In this document: positions 1 to 13,077 of the stretch, piece after piece
How the letters are laid out: every line of letters begins with the position of its first letter
How positions within the stretch are numbered: position 1 is the stretch's first letter
Assembly (NCBI GenBank): GCA_048772705.1
Contig: JBLWGC010000230.1
Location: 248,001-312,000, forward strand
DNA: 64,000 bases
Source of the DNA: Leidyana gryllorum EB-2025a
Taxonomy: Eukaryota > Protista > Apicomplexa
Direction of reading: 5' to 3'
Notes under the pieces: generated by a model
The model's input: the letters and a program-made list of their open reading frames with translations, nothing else
Database searches by the model: none
Told to the model about the DNA's origin: nothing
Position numbers and translations under genes: made by a program

Positions 1-3000
1 GGCGAGCCCCATACGCGCCCCGGAGTTGACAGCTATATATACTCGTGGAATTCCCTGGAGGCGTGCGAGTTCGGACGCTCGCTGGAAGAGTAAGTCCTCC
101 TGGACCCCAAATGTCCCCATCAAATAAGTAACATCATTCCCTATGAGGACGATGCGCCGACCTTTTGGGAACTCTGGAGTTCGCAGTAATACTCTCCAGG
201 CGACCTGTGGTGAATCAATAATTGGAGAACTCTCTGCTCTCACCCGTAGACTCACCATTCCGCATTCGTTTTGGCCGGGACCGCGAATGATCTCAACAAA
301 GTCTCCATTTTTATTCAGCGCGAGTTCGACTGCCTCCACTACGCTGTCTGGAACGAGCGTAGTGGTGTTGGGAAGAAGAGATAGTTGTTCAGCATCACGA
401 TCCAAGCGCGTGCGAACAGGAACCTCTTCTCGCTGATCTTCTCCAGCGCCGAATAAGTATTTTGGACAGGTCCTCCACAGATTGCGGACCGCAACCTCCA
501 ATAGATCCTGCGACATCCGCAGTGTGAGAGAGCGCATTTTGAAGGTGACTTACAATAAAGTCATATATATACAACGTTTGTAGAGCCGCTGCCTGTGCTC
601 GTTTGGATTCTAACGGGCCCGCCCATGGATGAGGAGTGTCCACAGGTTTTCCGTCGTAGTCGTTCAAGTCTCTCGACTCCCTCGAAGACTGGTTGGGGTC
701 ACCGACGACCGGGATCGGTGTGGGATCTCCCGGCTTCTTGGCCGCAGTTTGTGGAGGTGGACCACTCATGGGAGACGGCAAGGGTAAGCCGGGAGCAATA
801 GGTTTGTTAAAGTCAGCAGTGCTCGAGGTAGACGACTTGAGAACGAGGGTGGACAGAGAGTCACGCGAGTCGAGGGCGGCGAAGACTCTTTCCCCTGTTG
901 AAGGGTTCTGAATCTCCACAAATCGTCGAGATCGTAGAGTTTGGCCAGTTGGGTTGTCCAGAATTATACGATATGGATATACACCTTCGGTAAGACTCGG
1001 TGATGTCTGCATGCCAAGTATCTGCCATCCTCGTGTTTTGAACCGGATCTCAATTACACTCGCGCCGAGCTTCTGGATACGTTTACTGTACCGTTCATAG
1101 AGTTCGCGGGCAATCTGATCTGCTGCACTCGGGGTGAGCTTCATGACATCAGTCATTTGCGAGGAGATCTCGGTCGGAGCGCCCACACTCGGGCTAGCCT
1201 TGGTGGCCGTTCCTGGGCAAACCATCAACCTCTTTGGGTTGGCAGCCTCTTGCGGAATGTAAACCACTGTCATCAGGATGTGATGATTGGCGATAGGCCG
1301 CGAAGTGGAAGTAGGCCCCTCGCGCAGAGACAACTCCAACGCGTTCAAACCGTTGACAAAGCATCTGCCGGCAAAAGTAGAGAGGCACGCTGACACAACG
1401 AGAGCTCACCTTTCTTGCTCGAATAGCCCGATTTCTGACGTCGGAGGCTCTGTCAAGTTGGTGCAGATCCGCACGAAGAAGCGAGCAGTCGGTTTTTCGG
1501 ACTTCATTCGTTGTTTCGGAATCGCTTCAAAGAGATGTACGTTGGGGGCGCTGGTAGGATGTTTGGTGACGTAAAAGTTCCTCAGTCTGCGTAATTCCAG
1601 ATACTGAAATAAAGGAATCTCGCAATGCCGCAACAGAGGCTCCTCTACGTATTCAGCCTTCTCGTCTGGTGCGACTGTCGATATGGCACCGACACGAGCC
1701 GAAGTCCCGAGGCTGTCTGTAGTGAGACGGCCGGGAGTATTGTTGTCCAACAAGTCCGTTGTCAAGTTATTGTACGGCAGCGACTTGACGTTCCTGAGAC
1801 AGCCGACGATAGCTCGATGGGCGGGAATTGTGTGTGAGCTCACCTAAAGTAAAAGCACTTCAATCCCGAGACTTCCAGCGGCAGAAAGTCGAATCCACGC
1901 ATTGAAGATCTGCTTGAAGTCCCCCGTCGGCCAACTTGCAGTGTCGCAGACACTGGCAACTCGGCAGTGGTGACAGAATGGTCGGCTCCAAGGAACGCGA
2001 ACCACACCAGATCAAAGTGCAGCGCGTGCAAGAGGTTGCCGTGATCATTCAAGACTCGTGCGAAAGTACCATGATTAGGCTCGTTCGAGAAAAAGGCATC
2101 ACTTTTCGTGTCCACAGGAGCGGTGTCAGGGTCTCTCGGGTGCAAATCCAAGACAACACAAAGCAAAATCTTGCCATCGACGGCGGGAGGGGCACTTGGC
2201 AAATACTGTTGCAGCTCCGAAATCTCCTTGACGCAATTCGCAAACGTTGTCTGTGGGGGGCGATGACGGGCTCAACATTTTTCTGTCTCACCTCAAAGTT
2301 GGCCAGAGACTCAATAAGAAACGCAGTGGTCTGTTGCGACTTGCCTGCCAAACCTTGGGGATCATCTGAAGTGCCGGTGAAGGCATTCAGCATATGGTGA
2401 AGTCGACTGCCAGCCGCTACATAACGAGAGGCCAATGTGGACCCTCCATTGGAACCGGTGAAATCGATTCGGGAGGTCATCGATCCCTCCAAGAGACCCA
2501 TGGTGGCCAGTGATGGAGATGACTTTTCACGACAGGCATCTTGACGCAGTCTGCAGCAAAAAGTGTGAGTGGCGACAAAGTTGTGAAACTCCGCTCCTTA
2601 ATCTTACGGATCGCACTGAGTGGTGAGGAAGTCGTAAGAAAACAATGCATCGTGTGTCCAAATTGCCACTAATGAATTGGCTTCCTGGACCGCTCTGTCG
2701 CTGTGGGAGTTGAACGATTGGGTATGGGCTCGAGGAGGACTGCGAGGCTCGGGTCCCTCTATGGGGCCGCCGCTCGGTACCTGGGGTAAAAGAAGACCTT
2801 GGCTATCGACTTTCTCGGTTGCTGCTTCTTTGTGTTTCGTGGAGCTGTCGGGGGAGCGGATGAAGTGCGCAGATCCTCTTCCATGACGAGGAGACGGACT
2901 CAGAGCTCGGGTTCTGTGATTGGCCGGATTGACACTCGGTCCGAGTTTCGCAAACACGGAGCTCGCGGGAGTGAACCCGCGGCGGGCTTCTCCCTGTATA

Positions 3001-6000
3001 GCATATAACTCTGGGTCGAGTACCAATCCGTTCCAGCCGATGGGAGTCTTTTCCGGTATTTGATTGACAATGGAATAGTCCCAACTCTCATGCTGAGCTC
3101 TCACTCGGAAGTCGTGCACCTTGCCTTGGCGGATTCCAAAGGTCCTCATGACCAGAATATGTATCGCGAGTTTCTTGAGCTTCGGGTTGTGATGCCCCAA
3201 GATCGCCACCAATGAATCTGTAGGGAAACGGGCCAGATCCAGAGCGCATCCGGAAATATTGACACTTGACAAAAAGGCGACACCGGCGCTTGAAGGCACA
3301 GCCATACTGAGACCTGCGTGGAGTGCAGTTGCAGATGACGCGCAGGAATGAGATCCTGCCGATTGATTGACTAATCCACTGCTGCCTGGCGTCGGAGACG
3401 GGAAGTAGGTCGACCATAAACGACCACCAAAGGTCACCGGACTCGTGGGACCGGAAGGCGCGTTGTGCATACTGTAGGACTCAAGCACATCCCAGAGCGT
3501 CTCGATCAGTTCGTGAGTACGTTGCAGGAACGTCTTGTCTCGTCGAGTGAGCAAGAGTTGCCGAGCCTCATGCGAGAGAGTCGAATAGTCTATCCGGGAG
3601 AAAGCCGCCAATCGCCGTAACGGCCCTTCGAACTGCTCAGCGTGTTCCATCAGGTCTGAGGTTGCGTCGAGCCGCCATCTGCTGCCAACTCGAAGAGAGG
3701 AGCTGCTTACCGGGCGAGTTCTTGATAGCGTCTAATAAGTCGTAAACAAGACGGTTCTTCATTTTGAGCGCTTGATGAGAGCGCGCGTAGGTAAGAAGCT
3801 TCTCCGGTTCGTACTCTGGACGTTTCGAGTGTATCACCAGACCTGCGACGTCGCAATCTGAGCCGTGGAATATCTCTTCAACTTCCAGATACTGTAATAC
3901 AAGACCTCGTATCTCATTTACACAAGTCTGCACGGAACCCTGGAAGTACTTGAGCAGCAGATCCTCTATGTCCGCCAGCTTCACCCGCAGGTTCCTCTTG
4001 CCCTCAGCCACTTCAGCAGCGTCACCAGTGTCCTCCCCGCACTCTCGCGAGAAAGCAAAGTGGAGGTCTTGGATGGCGTCGCGTAAATGGGTGTCGAAAA
4101 CGCGAGCCTGCGTCTCCGCCTCCCGATTCTGCCGCACACAAAACGCGTCAGCGGGGAGTTGCGATGGTGATGGTAACTCGCACGTCGTAGCAAACATCCA
4201 CTCACACGCATACTAAACGGGCCCATAGTGTAGTGGGTAGGAGCATTGTTATGAAAGGTGGGGAGGAGTGTGTTACCTGGGAACGGGTACGGTACGGGAT
4301 GTTAGTCGTGGAAGTATCCCCTGTGGCTGCGTCGGGACACGAGGGCAGTCTGTCGCTCCTTTGGCTGGCATCCTGGTCTGCAGAAGGCGAAGGCTCATTC
4401 GCCACAGCTCTCAGTTTCTGTAGCACCGTCGCAAACCGCTCTGCCAGTGTACGCGGCATCTGAGTCTCTGCAGCGTGCGATAGTGAGTGTGGACGGACCG
4501 GCGGCCGGTTGACATACCGAAGATGCTCAGACAGTCTTCCAGTTCCGCGATCGGCAATTGCGGACATCGCAACAGGAGATGAACGAAGCGAGATACGTCG
4601 TCGTCTATCTCCTCTGACGTTATATAGTAGCCATCGAGAGCATTGTACAGTCTCCGACGGCATCGTTGGAATTCGCTGTTTACGAGAGTAGTAATTGACT
4701 GAGCACAACACACCCCTCATACCGGAATGGGTTGTCCTCGTGGTGACATTTAGCGATGCGCATCTGACAGCCGCTGTTCAAATGGGGCCGAGAAGGCAAT
4801 GTCTGTGTCTCTACCAGCGCCATTTGACGCCAAAGGAAAGTTGACTACTCTGCAGTTACAGCTGCCTCCCTGCAAAAATCTCCGTCGTGCACTAAACCAC
4901 CCCCCGGTAACTCGCATTGCTTCCTTCCTGACACAGAAAGGGGGAATTGCCCCTCATACAGAACCGGACGGACGACTTTCTGACCTTCTGGCAGCTCCAA
5001 TGTTGCCAGAAGATCCCCAGCTGAAAAAACAGCCCCCTCACTCTGATGACACAGTCGACAGGAGAGAACAGACAGATGATTGATTGGCCTCACCAAAACG
5101 TGACTTATCTTCCCAGGTGCATCACAGGTCAATTGCACATACATCTTCATGATTTCAATCTCCGCATACGGAGACCCTTGCTGCACCTGGGACAGTGCTG
5201 GGGCTATCCACCGTACTAGTTTTCCAGAGAAAGGGGCCCGAATCTGTCGTCAAAGGTGAGAGGGGGCAACGCCAAGACAAACAGACTTACCTCCGTGGGG
5301 TCGCGCTCTTTGGTAAAGTAATACATGGAGCTGTTAATGGTCACTCGGAGTGAGTCTTGCCGAGGGTCCTCTCGGAAACACACACGGCGGTGTTTGCCGT
5401 CCAGGCCTCCCGATATGAAGTACCACCCCGTATCTCCTCTCTGTCGGGACGTATTCTCCTTGTCGGATTCACTGCTCCCGGCAGCCATGATGGCATTATA
5501 TCGACAGTCCACCACAGATCCATTCATAGACACTCGTATCTACAAAAGTGGCAATGGCAATGGCCATGTCTCCAAAACCGCATCTCACCTCGTCTGGTCC
5601 TAATTGGAAACACTCCAACACAAACTTGGTCGTATCTCGATAGACAAGTTCGCAGCTGTACGAGGTGGGCAGCGCCTTGGGTACCTGTCCTTGGTTCAGT
5701 CGAGAGACGAAGGCTTCCTGTTCGCTCGCAAAGTGTCTGGATGCCTTATATACGCCAGCGAAAATGACTGCTGACAGTGTCCCGCTGCCGACCACTTGTC
5801 GAGCCGGTGGCGGCGACGTGAAACGAACGCGTTGCTCTAACCATGTCGTGTATGTCTCGTTCCGACTGTGGCCAATCTTTGTAGCAGAGAGAGAGAGGGC
5901 AGACTTACATGAAATCAGGAGATTCCAAGATCTTTTGGAGCGCTTCTACATTGGTACAGATCTCGCCACGCACGATTAAAGAGCGTAAACTTAAGATGAG

Positions 6001-7645
6001 GACGTTTCGTGCCGCCTCCCGGTCTGGACATGTCGCAAAAATGTGTCCAAACTGGCTGTCAGCATATTGATGTATCCGACTTGTTGATCCTGAGAGTGAG
6101 ATTTGGAGATGAGAAAGTGAGAGTGATCTTTCTGCGAGCCGTCTCTGTCCGTTCGTTTACTCACCGATGGAAAAGTATGCCCATACGTGTGGTGCGGACT
6201 CAAATGCCAACTCGTGCACTTCACCGCAGGTTGGCTTAAATCCATTTTCGGCGTCCTCCGCAGTCACCCGAGCGGTCACACAATGTCTCTTCTCCAAGAG
6301 GCCTTTTCGTTTCCTTTCCGAATACAGCTGTGGGCGAGAAGTAAGTGGTGAGTCGGAACCGCCTCCTGGACTTACGGTTACATCCCATATATTATGTAAA
6401 TTGATTCCCATCGCCACCTGTAATTGAGCAGCCGGCAGGTTCACATCGGTCAGCATCTCGGTGACAACATGCTCGACTTGGAGTCGGGCATTGACTTCGA
6501 GGAAATAGAACTGTTTCTGAATTTTGGATCGAAGCGAGTGAGAGATCGTTTTGTTTGGACACGCACCTCGTGTAAGTCGTACAAGAACTCTACAGTGGCA
6601 GCGTTGGTGTAGCCGACTCCTTTGCACAGATTTATGGCGGCCTCCTCCATTTTCGCGAGTGTCTCCGGGCTGCAAATAGTGGGAGGACCCTCTTCAATGA
6701 TCTTTTGGTGCCGTCTCTGAATAGTGCAGTCACGGCAGCCCAAAGATATGACATTGCCATGTTCGTCAGCGAGAATCTGAACTTCGAGATGTCGACAAAA
6801 GGGCACCAGTTTCATGGCGAATATCAGACTGCCCCCAACCTCGTTCTGGACGTGGCGGTACGCCGTCTCGACCTCTGAAGCTTCACGACAAATTCTGATA
6901 CCCTTCCCGCCGCCGCCAGCAGCAGCTTTGATCATCAGAGGAAAGTCCAGTTGTCCAGAAACCACCATCTCGTTCAAGCTCTCTGCGGAGAAGACGCATG
7001 CCGCAGCCTTCAAGTCCTCAGTGACTCTGTAGACGCCGTCGTCGGGGTCGGCCACGACTGTCACTTTGCTCCCAGACCAGGGCACCACTGGGACTCCAAC
7101 GGATTGTGCAATGATGGTCGACCCAATTTTACAACCCAATGCTTCCATAGCGTCGGCATTGGGTCCAACCCACAATACAGGTTTCGAAGTTTGTTGTAAT
7201 ATCTTTGGAACGCGATGGTCCTCTGACGCGTGTCCCCAGCCCGGCCACACAGCATCGCAGTCCCACTGCTCGGCGACCTCTTTGATGAGATGAACATTCG
7301 CGTAGTTGTAATTATTCGCTCCTCCAGGTACTCGGGCCAAATAATCACATCGACTTATATACTCTGCGTTTGCCTCTTCGTCTTCTAACGTGGCCATCCC
7401 TACTATTTGCAACTCCTTTTCGTTGCTGTAAGTCCGCAAGCACCACGCTCGGAGGGACTTGATGGCCTGAACATTCCAGCCTCACTCACTCAAACACAGC
7501 CGAGCCTCACCTTCATGGCAGCGTTCCCATTGTTGGCGATGAGAAGACGCAGAATAGGCCGTCGCCCCCCCTTGGCAGCACAGAAGTCATTTATACAGTC
7601 AAAGAGTGGACCTTCTAAAGCCGATTTGGAATCACTGTTGGACAT
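1..7645 (-). CDS. ACC: Multidomain (eukaryotic-type) acetyl-CoA carboxylase; multi-exon, 3' end runs off the window
   Basis: ATG at 7645 (MSNSDSKS...RLLIANNGNAAMK), then a 44-nt GT-AG intron at 7467-7510. Biotin carboxylase motifs VWPGWGHASED, KAAAGGGGKGIR, RDCTIQRRHQKIIEE and FLEVNARLQVEH (6157-7439). BCCP motif EIEIMKM (about 5140-5165). Central-domain motifs QYLEVEEIF...SHQALKMKN and EEPLLRHCEIPLFQYLELRRLRNF...RFFVR. Carboxyltransferase start GRRIVLIGNDVTYLMGTFG...GIPRVYIAVNSGARMGLA read on the minus strand at 1-162. Confidence 0.95.
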
Positions 7646-7744
7646 TTGGCTGCCCAGAATTTACATTAGGTACCTGACTACAAATGCTGCTGAGGTAGAG
7701 CTTGTTGGTGAGACCCAGGGTGTCAGGTTGGCGGACATCAATTT

Positions 7745-9931
7745 TCACAGTTTTCGTCGAGGAATGCTCGCCTTATGCTTCAGAGCTTCCACCACCACAC
7801 CGGCACGCACTGCGATTCTAGGCTGAACAAGTTCCAAATGGGCCGCATCAGGAGTCCATTCTCGCCCTAACGGCTGTTTCCGACTCTTCAAGTACTCCTG
7901 TTTATCTGCCACGTTCTCGGGCACATATTTTGCCGCATACTTTTCGTCCGCTTGCTCGTTATATACACTCAGCGGAGCTCTCGCCCCGCGCCCCTTCGTC
8001 AGCGCACTACTGTCCACCTTGGCCTCGCCGCTGGCAACTGCTGTTTGTTTCGTCTGTGACTGCCGCTGCTTCGGCTTGGAGACGATCCCCTCCCCAGTCC
8101 AATTGCCCCAACCAGCCAGTTCTGCAAAGTGGAAGATTGACCAACGCGTAAATTACCACCGAATTCACGACACACAGAGATGGACGGACGGACGGACGGA
8201 CGAATAAACAGAAGATCAAATGATCTAAAGCTCTTCACCGAGCAACGAATGAATCGCTTTAGCACAAACACTCTCCCCCTCTTCTGTCTCAAGACGAAGA
8301 AGAGAGAGTGAGTTGGACTTACTTTTAGGTTTCTTTTGAGTCTGCTCGGCCGCGGCTTCGGCAGCTTTCCTCTGCTCCTCTTCCCATTCTTTCTCATCTT
8401 CGGCACTGATGGCAAAAGCAGTGCGAACCACAGCCTGGTTGTCCAGAAGTGAGGAATACTTCTCAGACTCCTCAGCCTCCTCCTCCTCCTCCTCATCATC
8501 GCTCTGCTCTTTCTGGGGGTCGCTGCTGTTATCAGCGAATCGAACCTTCTTCGCCGCCTCTGTCCGCTTCTTCCCCTTGGCAGCGTTGGTGGCCGCAGGC
8601 TGGGCACCGTTGACGTCGGTCCCCTCAGAAGACACGAGCATCGAGGCCCAAGCCTTGGCGTCTTTCTGTGTATCGGCTTTCTGAGACGGGGTGTCTTGGG
8701 CGGCTGCAGCGGTGGACTTGTTGGCCGCCTTGGCTCTCTTTCTCTCCAGTATCCTCATAGCCTCTTCGTGAGGATCGTCTTCGGCATTAAAATTGCTGTC
8801 AAAGTCATCGCGCAATCTGTCCTTGGCGAGCTCCTTGGCTTCCTCAAGGGAATACCCCTTTCCCAATAACTCCAAGAAAGCTTCAGCCTCGGCTGCGAGC
8901 TCTCGTTGTCTTCTATCCCTGCCAATCTGCATAAATTTCATGGCGTTGATCCCTTTGGCCTCTTCGTCGTTCGTGGACAGCGCATCGGCCAATTGCTCAG
9001 CGGTTTTGCTCATGATACGCAGCTTCCGAACTTCGCCGTCCTCGTCATCCGACTGCTCGTCATCCGATCCATCGCCGCTGCTCTCAGAGTCCGAGGCGTC
9101 CGGCTTCTTCCGTCCCGCCAATCTGTCCAAGAGTTGCCGGTAATCTTTCGCTTCTTTCATTGTATCACTGATCACGTTGGAAACGTCCTTCCCTCCGAAC
9201 CGAGCAGCCACCTGAGCCCATCTTCTACGAGCGCGGTGCTGTTTCATCATGCGTAGCTCAGCGCGCTTTGTTTCGTATTCTTCTCGAATACGATCAGCCG
9301 CCTCGGGGTCCTCCTCGGCCAACCGCTCCAAAGCGCGTTCCTTCTGCTTCGCAACCTCGGCTCTTCTGACTTTGCGATACGCCTTAGACTTTATTTTCTT
9401 AACTCGCTTCATCTTCTGATGTTCCCGGAACATTGTAGCACGCGCTTCTCTCATCAATTTCTCCTTCCGAGCCTTTTCAAGCTCGTCCGCCGCTGGCATG
9501 TCGCCAAAGAGAGCCTTCTTGCTGCCTTCTTTGGTGCCGAGAGCGAATTCCAATATACGCTTGAGCTTCACATCCAACACATTTACAGGTTTTTCAACAG
9601 GGAGCGCCAAATCTTCTGCCTGGGTGTTGTTCTCAGCAGGCGCCCCGAAGATCTTTGTTTCCTCCTCGCTCACAGGCCTCAAAGCCTCTCTCGAGAAACG
9701 TGAAATACTTCGTTGCGCGGAGGCCAAGCCCACTTTGCGGCTCCGTTTCGTCACGGCAACCTGCCCTTCCAACTCATCGGGACCCTGTAGATAGATAAAA
9801 AACCAAGCATTTACTACTCATGCCCTCACCTCGCCACCTGCCAAGTTCTCGAGCCGACGCTTGAGCCGTAAAGGCAAGTCTAATTTGTCCTCGGAGGCAT
9901 CAATAACATCCCAGCTGATCAGCGGCTCCAT
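7745..9931 (-). CDS. UTP14: U3 snoRNA-associated protein 14 (SSU processome); multi-exon
   Basis: KMKRVKKIKSKAYRKVRR and RAELRMMKQH...RWAQ in ORF 8225-9772. C-terminal exon LAGWGNW...KQPLGREWT...PRIAVRAGVVVEAL. Introns near 9785-9828 and at 8122-8322. Confidence 0.88.
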
Positions 9932-10491
9932 TCCGGCCACCAAAAACTGAACCGAATTTTGTTTTGCCGTGCCACTGTCACGCTTAGACACCGTGCTACC
10001 ATAATTACACCACTCAATTGCACCCACAATACGTGTGAGGTTTCATAGCTGGAGACTCAAGCTCGCTGCCAATCAGGAAGCGCGGCGTGCTAAAGTTGGC
10101 ACGCGTGGCGATTAGGCCCGAGAAGCAGAGTTAGCACATTCAAAAACTGTTAGCACGTTTGTGAGCGATAGTGTGTACTCAGAGCACTCCTGACATTGTG
10201 ACTAGCCGCCACCAATCACCACGAAGCCACACACGTTTCAGAATTGCGTGCCTTAAGGCTGTATAAGGGTTGAGGGTACTGTGTCGACCGTGTTTGGGGG
10301 CTGGCTAAGGAAGTCTACCTTGTCTACCGATCCGCAGGAGTCTAGTCAAGCACACAATAGCGTGCGGAAGCCTGTTGAGACGACACCCGATCTTTTTGTC
10401 GTGCGGGAAAAATATTTCCGAAGTGTCTGGCTCTCTGGTTGCGGGGCTAGTGAGCGGGCGGGCAAAATCGTAGGAAATCTTGGGTACAGAC
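9932..10491. promoter_or_regulatory. Divergent intergenic/promoter region between UTP14 and the qRRM gene, with CCAAT-like elements
   Basis: Non-coding stretch between head-to-head genes. GCCAATCA at about 10068 and ACCAATCA at about 10211, plus CACACACG/ACGTGTG motifs. Function is inferred from position only. Confidence 0.4.
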
Positions 10492-13042
10492 ATGGCGGGC
10501 TGTTTGAATGGACCGTCAACATTATTGTTCCTGGACTGGATACGGTTTCCAGAGGCAGCATGGGCAGCAGCTGGGCTTGGTGGTGAGCCTCCGATACTGA
10601 AGTAAGTTGGGAGACGGGCAATTTAGCAAAAGAGTCACAGGGTATCGGCGATCACTTACGACCTGCTGACCGCGCGTTCGGTTGACGAGGTGTCTTTCTG
10701 CGTGCAGTGCGATGCGGTGCAAAGGTATCTGTCGCCAGAGGAGGCGCAGGTGAGGAGCTCGCATCTTGCAGCGAGGCAATGTGTCTGTGTAGAGGGTGTT
10801 GGGCATGTCAAAGATTGTATATATGGTTTCGAATGGGAAGCTGGAGACCATTCTGCCAGCTCTGCTGGACAAGCTGGACGCTTCGCAAGTAACGCCAGCT
10901 ATCTGGAACCTAGAGCGGTTCAATGAGGAGTTCAAGCCTCACTTGTTGGGCGTAAGTGAATGAGAGGGGTTATTTGGCAGCCAGGGTCGGGCAGGCACTA
11001 GTCGGGGCGGACGCGCCTATAGCGCAAGTGTACTCGCGGGTGCTGGTAGCAAGAGATGCTTTGCGGTCGCGGGATCCTGCCACTTGCGACAAACCAACGG
11101 CTTTACAAGCTTCGCGAGCTCTTAATATGGAGCTGCGCAAGCAGACTGAGTTGGAGGCAATGACGGCAGTCTTCAGAGCCTTGAACCCCGAGGGGACCTT
11201 GGTGGATGGAACGGATTTGAGTCGCTTTGTGGTGCCAGTCAGAGCTACTGGTGGGAATAATGAGCCGGACTATTGTGGGTTGCTAACGAAAGCTACTGGA
11301 GGGGAGGTGGTCGAGAGCCCGACGGGAGGAGCTGCAGCACGGACAACAGAGGAGGAGGGCCCCTTTGTAATACGGCTGCGAGGTTTACCATGGGAAACGA
11401 CTGTTGCTCAGATCATGGACTTTTTGAGTCCCGTGCTCCCCCCTAACCCAAACTCCAGGGCTCATATACACCTTGTCACAGGCTTCCAGGTCAGTCAAAT
11501 GAGCAACCAAACCAGCAGATTATCGCAGAATCAGTCTAAATGCTCTGGCGAGGCCTACGTCGAGCTTCCCACAGCGGATCACCGCGACCGGTGCATCAAG
11601 GAGCTACACGGCAAACTCATTGGAAGACGATGGATCGAAGTGTTCAAGGCTACAGCGCACGACCTACGCACTTGTAAATCATCCCGTAAGCTCACACCTC
11701 CCATGTTACTATCACAAAACTTCGATCTCAGGGGAACCGTCTCAGTCAGGGGTACTCCGACTTCGAGGATTACCATGGGGTTCGAGCGAATTTGACGTTG
11801 CACGATTCTTTGGTGGTAAGTCCTCTATGCTTCGCACAGGTGGCGGTTGTGGTGTCATTTGCGTTTGTGTGTGTGCGCGAGACACTCACGCGACGTTCAC
11901 ACCAGCCCTTCACATGACCCCTGTCTTCATGTCTCTGCCATTGACATCCTACACCACGTATTCAATCAGATGGGGGGTTCTCTATCGATGTGGAAAATAT
12001 CTTCATTCCACCTGCTCGAGGCTCAAGATGCAGTGGAGAAGCTTGGGTGGACTTTGGGTCAGGAACGCGAGCGGATGATGCTCGGCGAGCAATGCATCGC
12101 AAATCCATTGGGATGCGATATATAGAGATCTTTCCGTCCAGTACCAAGGAGATGCAAATCATGCAAAGGAACGCGGGAAGCAGCTATAGGCCGGCATCGA
12201 GTGTACGAGGGCGCCCGGCCGCCGGGCGCGCTACACCATATGGGGAGTGCGATTCTGCCGCTGCTCCTGTGGCTCCTGCGGGGCCTTCGAACAGTGGTGA
12301 AGAGAAGCCGGCGTCTTATAGGATGCCACGCGAGTGGCCGTCGGAGCCTGCTGCTCGCTATCCAACGGTTCTGGCTGACACTTCTGATGGTGGTCTGAGT
12401 ATGCCATCCAGCAGCAGTGTAAGCGGGCATCACTTTTCGGGTACGCTCCCTTTTCCGCCTGTTATGCAGTTGCCTGCCCATCCGTCGTCACCTACCACGG
12501 CCTCCTCCACACATCCGCCCGGCTCTTCAGACCCCTACAACAATACAGCGCATTCTCAACCTCCCTTCACAGTACTGCGATTACGAGGACTCCCTTACGG
12601 TTCCAATGAGAACCACATTGTGGTAAGCGGATGATTTGTTTCTGTGGCTGTACAATTCTTGTGTGTTTGCAGCATTTCTTCAATGGGTTCTCAATGACGA
12701 CCATATTGCCGAGTACAGTTCCGATAGATGGTCGACCTAGTGGGGAAGCGTATGTGGAGTTTTCATCTGCAGATGAAGCCTTGAGAGCGTACCAAGTCAA
12801 ACAAGGGGTAGGTGACGACCAACTCGATCCCCCTCGAAGCAGCAGGGCGAATAGGGGGGTGTACACAGTTGTTAGAGGGGGAACGGGGACTTTTATAGAC
12901 GATTGTCCTGCAGGCTCGGATCGAACACCGCTATATTGAACTCTTTCCTGCGCAGAAGCAAGAGATGGAGTTTGCAGCGGCCGGATTGGACTCCCGAGAG
13001 ATCAGAGCTCGGCTTGGGAGTCGGAACTACGGCATGCCTTGA
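10492..13042 (+). CDS. hnRNP F/H / GRSF1 / ESRP-type RNA-binding protein with three quasi-RRMs; multi-exon, 5' end uncertain
   Basis: Three copies of the qRRM signature: VIRLRGLPW...GEAYVEL...GRRWIEVF, VLRLRGLPW...GEAWVDF...GMRYIEIF and VLRLRGLPY...GRPSGEAYVEF...HRYIELF. The last exon 12914-13042 ends in TGA. Confidence 0.88.
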
Positions 13043-13077
13043 TGTGAAGAGGCAGAGGACGTGATGATATTTGTTGA

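Noticed and set aside
395-7439. Many separate minus-strand ORFs that look like independent genes
   Set aside because: They carry consecutive ACC motifs in the correct order with GT-AG introns between them, so they are exons of one gene.
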